Positions 40,560-53,594 of a stretch of 64,000 bases of DNA are shown in pieces; the stretch's first letter is position 1, and each line of letters opens with the position of its first letter. Position numbers and translations under genes: made by a program. The DNA is from Phoronis australis (lineage: Eukaryota; Animalia; Phoronida), in contig NMRA01000008.1 of NCBI GenBank assembly GCA_002633005.1, positions 1,193,974 through 1,257,973 of the forward strand, written 5' to 3'. The notes beneath the pieces are model-generated. The model was given only the letters and a program-made list of their open reading frames with translations. It was not told the DNA's origin and did not search any database.

Positions 40560-43500
40560 CTACGAGATAGAATAAAATATCTGTGAAAATATTATCAGAA
40601 TTTGTGAGGTACCTGGCCCATTCTAGATGTGGACGATGTGCGAATGAAGACTTCAGGTATCAGCTACAAATATTTTTTTCACTCACAAGATTTCCATCCT
40701 TTTTCGTAAGATAGTTTTGGCAAAACGGGCAAACTGGAAAATGTGACATGGCGCAGGCTTTTAAAGTCTGAATGACCATGCCATGCCGAATGTCTTGTAA
40801 AATCTAAGGTTTGTTCACAAGTTCAGTAGTGATAGTAGTGTAAATACATTAAGAAAATGTTACAAAAATATTGAGAAGCTTTGATGGAAGACTCACTAAC
40901 AAATAATATTCTGCTGAATTGCTAAAAGCCGCACGAGTCTTTAATGACATCTAAAACAGGTTCACAAATGACTTAAGAAGAGATAACCGGTAGTGGAAAT
41001 CCTTTGATGTTTAACACAACAGGCCCACCCCCAGGTACAAGGCCATCTCACACCCACAACTTCATCACCAACGTTCCTTTCCAATAAGCTCACTTGGTCA
41101 AGTCCACATCAAAACAACCTATTCTTTTGCCCAGATGGGCACAAATTCTTACAGGGTGCATTCATGGAAGTTCACAGGGTTATGCAATCACGCATAGTGT
41201 GTGACACACATCCTTGCACTTGTGTGGTACAAGAACAAGAGCTTTATTATATGAACATAAACCCACCTCAGTTTTTGCAGCTGGGTTTAAACTTGAGTGG
41301 ATGGGGAATAGTAAAAACTTAAACATCCACTTAACTCACACATCCCTGTAATGACATAGATCCTCAATTGTTCTCACTCCATGGCCTTTGTTCACGTGTG
41401 AGCAAAGGTGCCTGTGCATTCTGAGACGGGACTTTTTCTGTTTCAAATGGTCCCCTTATACGCTGCCACAGGAATGTGTTTCACCATGGCAATGAATTAA
41501 CAAAGCAGTAGGGGTGACAGGCAGTGAAACCACGGACTCCCCGAGATATTCTTTGCTCAATACTATGTGTTTGCCCTTGCACTTGTGATAAACTAATCCA
41601 GTTTCTGTTCTCAACAAGAGACTGTAAACACTGGAAAGGCAATGACTGTGAAGTGAGAATTTTTGCAATAAATACAACCTTCTGAAGCTGAGGGTCTTTG
41701 TAAGTTAAAGGCGATTCTGATCTGAGGGTAATTTCTTAATCACTGGAGGAGAATTTAAACATCTGATGTGATTTTGAAATATTTTTCAGAGGGATATGGG
41801 GTCCCAATATTCGCCCCCAAAATCGAAGCATCGAGGCCCCAGCAGTCCATGTGTTTTTAGGCATCACACTTTAGGTCATCACAAATTGAATTCATGAGGC
41901 TCCAAATCATTACAACTGCCCATGAAGGCAGATTTTAAAACTATGTAGCTTAACATTTTTGTAAATTGATCAAATGCTGACTACCTGGCACCAAATATTT
42001 TAAAATCTCACCAATCTAGGACACAGTATGGTGGATAAGAGGAATTTTAGTTCTGAAGTTCTCCAGCTAACATAGACAGTGTTATGAGAAATTGTGGTAT
42101 TCGCAACAATAACCTTTAGAAAAAGGTCAGTTTTGGTAAATATTCTTGTCCGAGACGTTTTCTGAAACTTGTACATCAGTATATCATGCTAATGCCAAAA
42201 AATTAGAGATTTACGACAGTTTCTCCACCGCATTGTGAGTGTGTGTGCTAATTAAATTGGAGAAAAATTGCCGTAGTCTACAACATAGTGGTGCTAATCC
42301 AATCTTGAGGCGAGAATTCTCATGCTTAGCAAAGACCATGTGAACGCAACAAAGCTTTTAATCCGCCTCTTGTTTTGCGTGGAACAAGGATTTGACATAC
42401 ATGCATGACAATAAGCCAGCAACTCAAAGAAACACGGGCCATGTGAATGAACATCTGTCAGTTTGTCGAATGCACTCTCCCACACCACTGTGCGCACATT
42501 GACCTATTTACGGACAAACGGACAGACAAATCACATTGCAAAGGATTGTGGGATGCCAATCATCCAAACCAGAATGAAACCAACCAATGGAAAAAGAGCA
42601 CACATCTACATTTCCAGCCAACAGGGGGCCACAAATCTCAAACTATAAAAGGTCAATGTCACCGACATCTTCTTGTGAGGTAATAAAACAAAATTAATAA
42701 GAGTGAATTCAGCAAGGCTTTCAACTAGACACTTAAATAGAGATCCTGCATGAACAAACTAGCACAACACAAAAAAATTGCTAGTGGTTCGACCACTAAA
42801 TGATTTTATCTGTATGATAGAACAACACTGAATGGATAGCTTTTTTCCACACAGGCAAAATTTTACGCATCCTATGAGTGTTTTTGGATCCCTCGTCAGC
42901 ATCCATTCTTAAACCAATGTTGTGTAGGGTTGGGTTGTGGCGTGTGACCTCACCATTTCCCTTATATGAAATTTCTTTCCGCTAACGTCTTGCAAATATG
43001 CAGTCTAACTTCACAGGTTTCTGTACAGCCACGTGGAGTAAAACTCAGCAGATGTCACGACATTTTGCATAAAACGATATTATAATTGTTCAGCTTGTGC
43101 AAACATTCATATCTTAGGCACTAATTCATGAAATAGCAATGAAGGTAAGAGGAAAGTTTGCCTTCTAAATTAACTAACGTCAAATACCGTATTACCCGAA
43201 ATATAAAGCCAGGCCCTTATACTTGAATATCAATCCAAGACCAAATAGCCTGGATCATCTGCAATTCTGGCATGAGCATAAGCAGCAAATACGGTCCTAC
43301 TGGGCGCTTGAACTTTGAGAATGCATCACTCCTAACAGCAAAAGCGAGCTGAAGTTTGGGGAAAACACAATACGCGTGAACACACTGAATAGCACAATGC
43401 AGCACTGTTCTACCACACTCAGACTTAAAAATGCTCGCGACAAGCAATATTCTATAAGTTGGTAAAAATGACTGAGGCTGAAATAACGAATATAACCTAA

Positions 43501-45553
43501 TATAAGGCCGTGGCCTTGAGGTGCATTTGCCGTTTTAACTGTTCTCAAATACAAATTATTTGGTTTATAAGACCATGGCCTTACATTTTGGGAATTACGG
43601 TAACCCTATAATTGATAACCATTCAGTATCAATCCAATCGGATGTAATCAGACAGTTATCAATATTCAAATGTATTTGATTCAGCATGCCTATTCCTGCT
43701 TTCAAACCATTCTCAGCCTCACACATACAACAAAGGCACTCTAATCAGCCGCTCGCCGTTACGTACTATAACTGTAAGAAGGTATACATGAGCGATCCAT
43801 TAAGGGAAACGAGCTGGCAAGTCCTTACTGACTAAAATTAAAACAACAGTTAAAAAATACACTTCTAATCGATGATAACAGTCACCCATCTTAAAGTTCG
43901 TATAGTGAAGACAACAATTAAAGATAAATGGATTCAACTGATGTATGCAATGTGCCCCAAATTCCACAGCTCACTAACCAATTAAACACCGTTACTATTT
44001 CGATCCAGTGAGCATGCTCACCATAATCTGGCATCAAATGAAAATCACAACATAGGTGGCGCAATGTTCGGGGGAAGGTCATGAAAGTAAATATTAAAAT
44101 ACATATTCTTAGAACAGGTGTACATCACAATATGCACATGTGGCCCAATCCTTCTTGTTATGCTAAAACAGACATCGATAACATGCATATGTTAATTGAT
44201 ATTTATTAATACTAAAGACTTACCAATGCCACAAGCTATACGCTTACCCTGCCCCTTTCTGATTTGCGACTGCCAAATGAGCAGCACTAAAGTTTCAACC
44301 AATCAGCATTCTCAATTAACTGTCACGCATGATGTTATCTTCACTTGATGAGAGATTATGTTGCGCGTCGGAGCGAAATAAGTGATAACCGTGTTTAATC
44401 ATTAGGTCGCCTGTGGAATTTGAGGCACATTGCTTTCATCAGATGGTTCCGTTTGTGTTTAATGGTTGTACCTTCACTAGATAAACCTTAAGTTAAGCAT
44501 CGATACCTGTAATTACTAATAAGTAGTGTCTTTTTAACTATCCCATTAATTTTAATTAATAAGATCTCGCCTGCTCGTCAGCCATATTGGATCGCTTTCG
44601 TGTACCTTCTATTTATCATAGTGTCATGATGAACGTTTGATTAAAGGTGCCTGTGATAAAGTCAATATAATCAACTTTCTTATGTCTGGTTATAAGAAAT
44701 GATGGTATTGACGATAAATCACATATAATGTAATTATGTCATGTAGGTAGTCAACCTGAGCTGTGTTCGGTAGACTCAAGACATTAGCAATGCACTAACA
44801 GTGAGAAATCTTCGCTTATGAACAGAAACGGAGAATTCTATCGCATTATTCATTAACTCTATCCCAGCAGACCAAACTCACGGACCAATCATCTTATTGG
44901 TTGTCATTTCGCAAGGTTACCCTGACCAGGAAGTTACCGAGAATACTTGTGAAAGACTCGCCTTTCACTTACATGATGAACGGTCTCTCGTGATCTCCCT
45001 TTCATCGAAAGAATCTAGGTCAGATACGAAACGCAGCTGTGTCCCAATATTCACCAAAGCACACATCTGCTAAGCGTGTAAGTTTTTTTCCCTTAACCTT
45101 TCATACAGTGAAATGTGCTTCTTGAGGTTTACCAAGCAAAACTGAGAAATCAAGCAGAGCTCTCACACAGTTTTGTAGTTCACCGACATTAAAGTTATCC
45201 ATAGGAGGCACAGTCATGGCACTGAAGCACTGCTGTGGACAATTCATCGTGTTACACGCTTAAATAAATAGTGGCAACATGATGACTATTTGAACAAAAT
45301 AAATACACAATACCAAATAGCAGGTGGCTATTAACTATGTCCCCAGATAACTTGATGACATTGAAGTTCCGCATTTCCATTGTATTGATGCTTAAAGCTC
45401 TCCCTATAGTCAATTTCACCGGTTAATTGCAAAATTGTCAATCCAACTGGGAGTTTCAGTTTTCACCCCACTGACAAATGCTCTATCAAACACCCACTAC
45501 ATCTATACGAGAAGAAAAAAGTCCGTAGACACAGACAGCCTGAAGTTACTTAC

Positions 45554-45787
45554 ATTGTCACAGTGCTTCATAAAATAACAACCACTACTCCCTTGTTTAC
45601 TCAGCTCCGGTAACAAGCCGTTGTCCAAGGCCAGCTCAACATCGCGAATCACTCTCGAGAATTCCAAGTCTTCGTCATAATTAAGAATCTCAACTCTACC
45701 GTCCACTTCCGACAGCACATTCGAGAGCTCTTTATAATCCTGACCACTCGATGTGTCAATCCGCGACTCATGACAACTGCCATTCAT
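45554..45787 (-). CDS. PI4K2: PI4K2 alternative first coding exon B (MNGSCH...PELSKQGSSGCYFMKHCDN); predicted isoform 417 aa
   Basis: Open frame from GCCATG, paralogous to exon A, perfect gtaagt donor in phase 0 at the homologous position. Confidence 0.8.
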
Positions 45788-48001
45788 GGCAAGACAGAGA
45801 AACGGACTGGATTAACAGTCGCCCAAAATACCACTACTAAACACAGAATCCATCCTCATCCGCATATCCTTCAGTAGGCTTCAAATCCTGAGAGGCGAAC
45901 GGACAGTATTCCATTGCTGCCTAACAACTAGTCAACAACAGACTAGAGATATAGGTAGACACAGGTACAGTGTCATGAAAATCAATCAACAGCAGACACT
46001 TCTATGGTCAACTTCACCCAAAACAGGGATAGGATTAGCAGTCACACCACTTAGAACAAGTCTGCACTCAGCACAACTTGCAGTCTGTTCTGAATAAGTA
46101 CTCAGCATGAGCTAGGCCTGCAGCTGTAGCCTCCTAAATTGTCACTGGGAATATGCAGGTAGATTAGCTACTGTGATACCCTGCATATTTACCTGGCATG
46201 TGCTGTCTGTGACAAGCTAATTTGCATCAGTTTTGTCTGAGGACTATTATATTTGACCCACAGACCCATAGACTGGTTCACGCTGTGTTAGTAAAATGAA
46301 TATCTTCTGATCAGTTGGCTAACCTTAGTGCCAATTTCTAAAGATTACAAATAACCTGGCAGGCAGCATGGGTTTTATTGAGCACCAGCTGATCACAGCA
46401 ACACCCCCTTGCCCATCATGTCAATCCTATTAGGAACAAAATCGCACAATTTGCATGCAAGTATAATCCTATTCTATTACCAGGAGCAGAATTATGAGAA
46501 TGAACCCTACCTACAAATGTTAATCTGAAAAATAATCAGCATGAACCAGCATAGCAAATACTTGCCAGGGAAATACATCACCAGGCCATATTTGACCCTA
46601 ATCATTTAGTTGCCTGAGGTGAGCTGACAGAGATCTGAGACATGTAAGTCTTTAAGTTACTGAATATAGAATTTCTCCAGCATGATTATCTTCTATTGCT
46701 CCATTGAAACTTGTTTCCCTCAAAATTCTACCACAGCACATTTGGTTTGATCCAGTTTACTGAAAGCTGAATGAATCTTTAATATAGTTAGAATTGCACT
46801 GCACCCTCAAAGTGACAACATGGGCACTTTTAGGGTCAAAACTTCAAAATGAGACAGAAAAGTTCTAGACAGTTATGGCAAGTGACAAAAGCCAGTAAAG
46901 AGACCACACTGATCATAGAAGAAACATGGAAAGCAAGAAGTGTTAACGCCATATTTTATGACTTGGAGTATATCTTTGAAAGTGATAATGGGAGCATTTA
47001 TGTTCACCAGGTAGCGCTACTGAATTATAGCTTTTAATCTCTGTTTTTAATACCTGAATAGATTGAGAGCAGTTCATCGGAATTGAGGCATCTGTGTGCT
47101 AATGGTCCTATGTAAGTACCTGAATGTACTTTTATAAAAAGAACCATTGTTTCACCAAGAAAATTTATAGTCATGCACGGGCAAACGAAAATAATAGCCA
47201 CCTGCATAAAGACATATTTGTATGCTCCTACCTATGCTAATGTATACCAGGAACTAAACAAAAAAACTATTTTAGCATAATCTATGCCAAACAAAGTGCA
47301 GTTGTATTCAGCAACAATTCGTTAATGTGAAAACAAAAAATTCTGCAAATAGGTGACATTTGCACTAATGACGTATTTCGTGGGCTCATCATGCAGTCTT
47401 ATTTCCCAGCACATCACATACTTACTGGACAATTCAGTGATTTGCGGTAGATAATTTTCGCCACAAAACGCGTTCAACCTACTTCATATTCACATCGTCG
47501 TTGTGTCTACATGTTGTTTTAAATTGATTCAGCCAAGCAATCACACAGATAAGGAAACAGAAAGCAAGGTCCACTTCAACTTAGTAAAAGTCCCAGGATA
47601 GTAATTAAATTGCTGAAGTAAAGAACCTTGAAAAATTAAATTCTTTAGCTCAAAGCCAGAGCTTGTACAGAAATCATTGGTCGTTCCAAATACAAGAGTT
47701 ATGATCAGTGACAAAAGATTATTTACCTTGATGTTACAAATTACGGGGACACCTGCAAATGTTGCATCAGAGGCTATTTTCAAGAATTTAAACAACTGAT
47801 ATTTGAGAAATATAAGGAGCGGCAAAATTGCTCATGTCCCAGTCTTCAGAATCAAGAAAATTTAATTTTGGCTTGAATTTTGGTGTCCCAAGATTAAGAG
47901 ATTGAGACCCAAACTGGAAAACGTTTACCGGAGAGCGCATTCGACGCCACTTTCAAAACGTATTTTCGTTGGAAGTTTTCGCAAAAATACCGAGTGACCC
48001 T

Positions 48002-48365
48002 TTAAAAAATACTAAAGCCTGTTTTGATGATTTTAACCAATCATTGTCACCTGCTAACATATCATTGGTGACAATCTTGACAAATAAAGGAAGGAATCAA
48101 CTCACAACTCTGCCCCTATCTCACAAATTGCACACTATGGTTCTTGGTGGGTGGTCTTTTCCCATAGTTGCGTTGTTTTTCGCTAAAAAGCATAGGCCAC
48201 GCTTGTCCATTTTTCAGACTTTGAATTAGTTTTCAAAATTTCTTTAAGACTTTTAAGGGCTGTCGAGGACTACAGACTGAGTATTATTTTGCTTCCAAGA
48301 ACTGATTGGGAAAGTCATTTTTAGTAACCGTTAATAGGCCAAAACCGGGTTTGGTATCCTTTTAA
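48002..48365. mobile_element. TTAA-flanked non-autonomous DNA transposon (Kolobok-like), copy 2
   Basis: Colinear with 6405-6749 and ends in GGTATCCTT|TTAA; 60 nt from the PI4K2 exon A donor. Confidence 0.65.
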
Positions 48366-48424
48366 GTTACAACTTTCCCAACCAGGTTTTCTCCAAGTTA
48401 CAGAAAAATTTCAAGCCAACATAC

Positions 48425-48718
48425 CCCATCTTTGTTCTTTGCAAAGTAACTTCCACTGGATCCTTGCACAATACGTTCGGGATAGATTGCAAAGTCAATA
48501 GCTTCCTCAACCTCCCTAACAACGTGTTGAAAGTCAGGATCGTCTCGGAAGAAGTTGTATTCCTCAACATCCGATTGGTTGCCTCCAAGTAAAGGAATCT
48601 GTTCGTGGAAACCCCCACGAGTTGGCGACCTCGGTGAGCCTATGGCCGTCGATGAAACACAAGGAGCAAAGGTGACATCTGGTGGTGGTTGCATGCTTGA
48701 ACCATACCCCTCTGACAT
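48425..48718 (-). CDS. PI4K2: PI4K2 first coding exon A (MSEGY...EQIPLL...YPERIVQGSSGSYFAKNKDG); predicted isoform 437 aa
   Basis: Canonical DDPDF...YPERI.QGSSGSYF motif, gtatgt donor in phase 0, acceptor at 48733-48734. An alternative in-frame ATG lies at 48727. Confidence 0.92.
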
Positions 48719-49290
48719 GCTTCTCATAACCACTAAAATATTCACAAAAATTATATTAAAACACAGATGTTGAGAAAATCAACCAGTTATCTTTTGTACA
48801 AAGGCTAAATTAAATTCAGGATTCATTAGGAACACATACATATTCGATTACTCGGCATTGGCAATTTTAAGCTCAAGCGTTGGACTTTTGGTCTTAATAG
48901 AACATTGTTTTATAATAATGGATCACTGGCCAGTAACTAATTTGTTCATGGAGCCTAAAATATTAGGTTCCAATAGTTGATTATGCAATGTGTAGTCATC
49001 ATAATGCAACACAAGGAATCATACAGTGGTGTCGCGGGGCTAGTGTCAAAATATAGCTAGGGAATCATGCGCGTATAATTTACAGAATAGTTACGGAACT
49101 TCACACAGCTGTGGTGGCTCTGCTCGTCATGAAATCTATATCAACATGTAGAGCTTTGAATCGCAGGGGGCATGCAAAATCAGGGAGTCAACTGACACTC
49201 ACCTTGTCCATTGCAGCCGCTCAAGAAGAGAAAAACGAAGATCTAATAAATGCCATTTTCTTGCATCACTTTTCCCTTTTTCTCGCAAAT

Positions 49291-49429
49291 ATTTTTAAGT
49301 CTGGTCAGCCTGCCACCTGCGGCCACATCACGTGACCTAATGAATATCAGTCTGAAGACTTCTACCCCAACCGGGGTCATTAGGTCACGTGATGTGGCCA
49401 CAGGTGGCGTGCTGACCAGTCTTAAAAAT
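49291..49429. mobile_element. MITE with E-box-containing inverted repeats, copy 2
   Basis: ~50-bp inverted arms including GGCCACATCACGTGACCTAATGA / TCATTAGGTCACGTGATGTGGCC. Confidence 0.75.
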
Positions 49430-52400
49430 GCTTAGGCTATACATTTCCTCACCCGTTTAAGAATTACATACTTATATCTTTCGGCTTTGTAACAAAGAAA
49501 AGTCTGTAGTCGACTTCAAAACAGTATGCTTGTGACACGCGCACATGCCATTTGCTCGCTTTTTCTGACATCTTTAGGGAAACTGACAACTTCACCGAAG
49601 CAAAATTCGCTCAGAAATTTGGTTTGCTGGTAAAAAATACTAAAAACTAGAAATGAAGTCAATCTAATTCCTTCTACTGTAATTTGTTGTGAACAGTACA
49701 CAACCAAGTGGAAGAAGAAAATTTAATTGAACGATCAAACAAAAAAAAATTGACCAATAGGTGGCATTCTCTTTGATGGCGTTCACAGCCAATGCATGGG
49801 ACGCTCCACAAATTGAGCAGCAGAATAATAGAATAACTGCATTTTTAGCACCGGAAACTATTTTGGTTTAACCTCAAGGAAGAGTGTACTCATTTTTAAT
49901 GAAATTATTTTGTGTCAGATTTCGTTTCACTAATTTCATATTTAAGCAGACAATCCCAAACCTGTATATTTATACAGCTTTGTACCAAGGGGATAATGGT
50001 ACTATTTACTATTTAGGACTGATGTAATTTGCACAGACTGTAAATGGCTGGTTCCAATCATGCAAAGTCAAATAAATAAGTCTTAGAGAATAATTTGTAA
50101 TTATGTCTCCGCCTCATCGCTGCTCAACATGGCCAAGCAACAAAGATCTGCACTTGAAAACCCCGAGGACACAATCTATACCAAATTGATGGTTAACTAA
50201 ACACACTCGCAATTTACTAACTTTTTCAAGAGGTCTTTTCTATGCATTATCAGTTTTTACAATGAAACAACACAATACAATAACGTATAAAGGATGTTAC
50301 AGAAGAGGATAATAGAAAAATATGTCTTGACCTTCAATGGATAAAATTGTACCCCCGAGAGGCAAAAATAAGAGCTTTCACTAAAAACCAGCAGTAATTT
50401 TTTATTCAAATGACCCTAGCTCCAACTACTGTATTGCTGAATCACTTCAATTTCACGACAAGACTTGCATGACCTGCCGTGAATTGGGTAGCTGGAGTGT
50501 GAATGTAAAAAAAAATCTTTATCTTTTATGGATATATGTCTTTGTATTTGTTCTTTATGACTTTGTCATTAAAAATAACAACCGAATCTTAGATCAACAA
50601 TAGTATTGAGTGCCCACTGACAAAAGCTCTAAAGTATCCAATGAGTCTCCAGAACAAACATGCACGGGAGATAACTACAAACTTAATCCCATGAAGAGCG
50701 CGACAGCATTTGTTGACTTGAGTGGTAACAGCTGACACCTTTTTATTGGCTAATGTCATTCAAAAGCTGACAAAATGTTTTAGCTAGCACACCAGGTAAC
50801 AGAAAATGTTGCATTTGCTCGATTGAGCATGCGATCTATGGTCAAAATAGAATTTTAATTTTCACATCAAAAATACAAAATGAGAAGGATTTACTTCCTG
50901 GTCAGTATAACTTGAAATTTGTACATCTGTCATATTAACGCAGCAATATGTCTCTAAAATTTTGAGCATGGCACAACAACCAACCTCTGAAATACAGACA
51001 AAGAAAATCAAGAGAGTTTTCTCTGCTCTCATAGAATAACTTTTTGATAATACATGTAAATCCAGACATTTTTCTAATGCTGGTAGACTTGAGTCTACTT
51101 CTCATTCAAAAATGGCTTGACATAACTCACACGTATGCAAGGTCAGCCAAGACAGACATTTGATCGATTCCTAGTGACAATTTCCAATATGAACCAATCA
51201 GTTGTCAAATCTGTCCGTTGACCAGGTTGACCTACTGCACTTCTCAGAATTGCCAGAGAGCAGCCGTGTAAATATTAAATAACAAATATGCAACAATCCT
51301 GTACTAATCTCATTAACCACGCTTAATTGGATTTCAAAAACAGAAAAAAGAAGAAATGAGAACTAAGCATTACACTTTATGTAACTGTCCATTTGGCATT
51401 CAAAGCATGCATTTGGCCAAGCCCAACTCATCTCATTTAATGTAAAGATGAGCTCGGAAATTTTGAGAATGAGCTTGGTGTTACCATAACTACCACGGCC
51501 AGGCATGCAGTAAAGGGTAATGGTCGGATGAGAACCACTTTTTCCCACTGAATAACGGGCATCAAACTGGTTCTCAAAACACTGGCATGTTATATCCGAC
51601 TTTTGCCCAGTAATGAATATCAATATGAGACTTCTGAAACCAATTGACGTTGATCACATGGGTCAATTTAGGAGATTTCTTCAGAGGGTAGCACAGGGGA
51701 ACATTCTGACAGTGTGAAAACTCTTACATTAGTATTACAGTATGTGAAGTTACATGTGATGCATTTTAAACAAAAGTTAAATTGCACCCTCGTTGTCTAG
51801 AGGCCACTGGTATTCAGTCACACGTGATCAGTCGCCACACTGACACTAGAAAGTCTCCCATTGAAAGCTTTTATCAGACTCAATGGTGAATTATGCACAC
51901 TTATACTTACTAGTAGTTTCAGTTTCAGTGTTCTGAAACACGACATTAAAGTCAAAGTACTTTTTTACACAATTTTAGAAAAAACAGAAAAAAGCGGGAG
52001 AGTGATGCAAGTAAAATACTGTCATTTACTGCTTCTTTGAAAGCTTTATAAACCATGTACTAATGTCAATATGAACTTTCTTTACATGGGTACTTGCTCA
52101 ATCAACATCATCAGGTTCTCATCTTTTGTCTGAATCAAACTTGGTAGGCATATAAATTGCCAGGGGAAATCCTGTGACAACCATACAGTCGTGGCGTGGC
52201 GACTGAGACTTACCAGAAGTGACAAGCAACTAATGGGCCCAGATGGAAGTAATAACGACTACACCGTAGTCAGTTGTCCATAGACCTGTGCCCCTAAACT
52301 CCGCACAAACTAAATGCCCCATGCCTGGTGACCAAAGTATAGTCCTGAGGACCAGTGTGAGTGAAGAATCTGGTCCTCAGAGCTGAAGTTTGAACCCTGA

Positions 52401-53110
52401 GGCTGGAGTTCAGTGACCGGTTACTGGAGCATTTCCAGTGCACGTATGGAGTTGGTGCGGGGATGAGGATTGCCACTGGTCAGATAAAGCAGTCTCTGCT
52501 TTAGAGAACCAGTTTCATGCAGCCACAAAGCTTAACAACTGCTAGATGCATCACGTTGAACATTGCGGATGACACGTTTGCACCATGTGGACTGATCACT
52601 GCACCATCTGGTTTTAAATTAGGTCATTCAGGATTTTTTATCACGGCTATGTTAAAGATAAGCCTGGGTTGTTATATTCACCGAAGTCGTCTCAATTCCC
52701 GTAGACATGCTTCATCGGGGATATGCATAGAACCAGAAAAGATATTAAGCGGGAATTTCAAGTCAACCTGTAAAATGTATTTTGATTAGGTGAAAACCTC
52801 TTAATCGGTGACCAGATTTGGACTGCTGGCCATTTAAAATATACAAGAATGAAATTAATAATGATACGAATGGGGTGTGTTATAACCTCTCGTAAGCCAT
52901 CCAAGGAGCTACATGTTGCCTTGTGCATATTTGTGTTTGAATAGAAAACACCACTGACTATACAGGGGGTACAATACTCCCCATCACTTTCTGTACTAAT
53001 TTCGTCCCATGTATTTTAAACAGGCGGTAGTCCAAATCTGGTCACAGAATAAGAGGTTTTCACCACGTCAAAAATACATTTTACACTCAAAATTGACACT
53101 TAAAACTCAC

Positions 53111-53501
53111 TTGATTTGTTCAACAATCCTTTTTGGTTCTATGCATGATGAAGCTTGTCTTTGGCAATTAAGATGGTTTGGCAAAGAATTCCAATTCCAC
53201 TTTTTTTGGTTGCCGTTAAGTTTTTCCGTGTGCGCGATAAGCGCAGAGAATTTCAGTTGATGTCACACGAGTTAGACAAAGACAAGCGCAAGACTGAGCG
53301 AAGCGTGTGACCTTGAACGTGACACTTGCAAAATCCAGCATGGAAAGACATGAGCTGGAGTTTGCATCCATTCGATTTTTTGTTCGTCAACAGGCGTGAT
53401 TTTGCCCAACTTCCTCAAAATGGCGTCCACTCGAGCAAATGGCGACAAAATAAAATTTTCATTGATACGTTCAACTTGACTAAATCGTTTGCATAATCAT
53501 G
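53111..53501. promoter_or_regulatory. Putative bidirectional promoter with non-coding first exons of PI4K2 (-) and TCERG1 (+)
   Basis: Minus-strand gtgagt donor at 53110-53105; plus-strand ETS-like ACTTCC and two YY1-like AAATGGCG motifs (53409-53444); gtatgt donor at 53502; locally CpG-richer. Confidence 0.55.
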
Positions 53502-53594
53502 GTATGTATAACTTGATGTTTATATATGTGCATGTTTCATTCCATGTCATTCGCTGTATTTTGAGATGATTAACTTTTTATGGAGGTGTACTAT

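Noticed and set aside
45554-45787. Exon B as a separate PI4K2 paralogue or processed pseudogene
   Set aside because: No second set of downstream exons was found, the frame is intact, and the splice donor is perfect and in phase with the shared exon 2.
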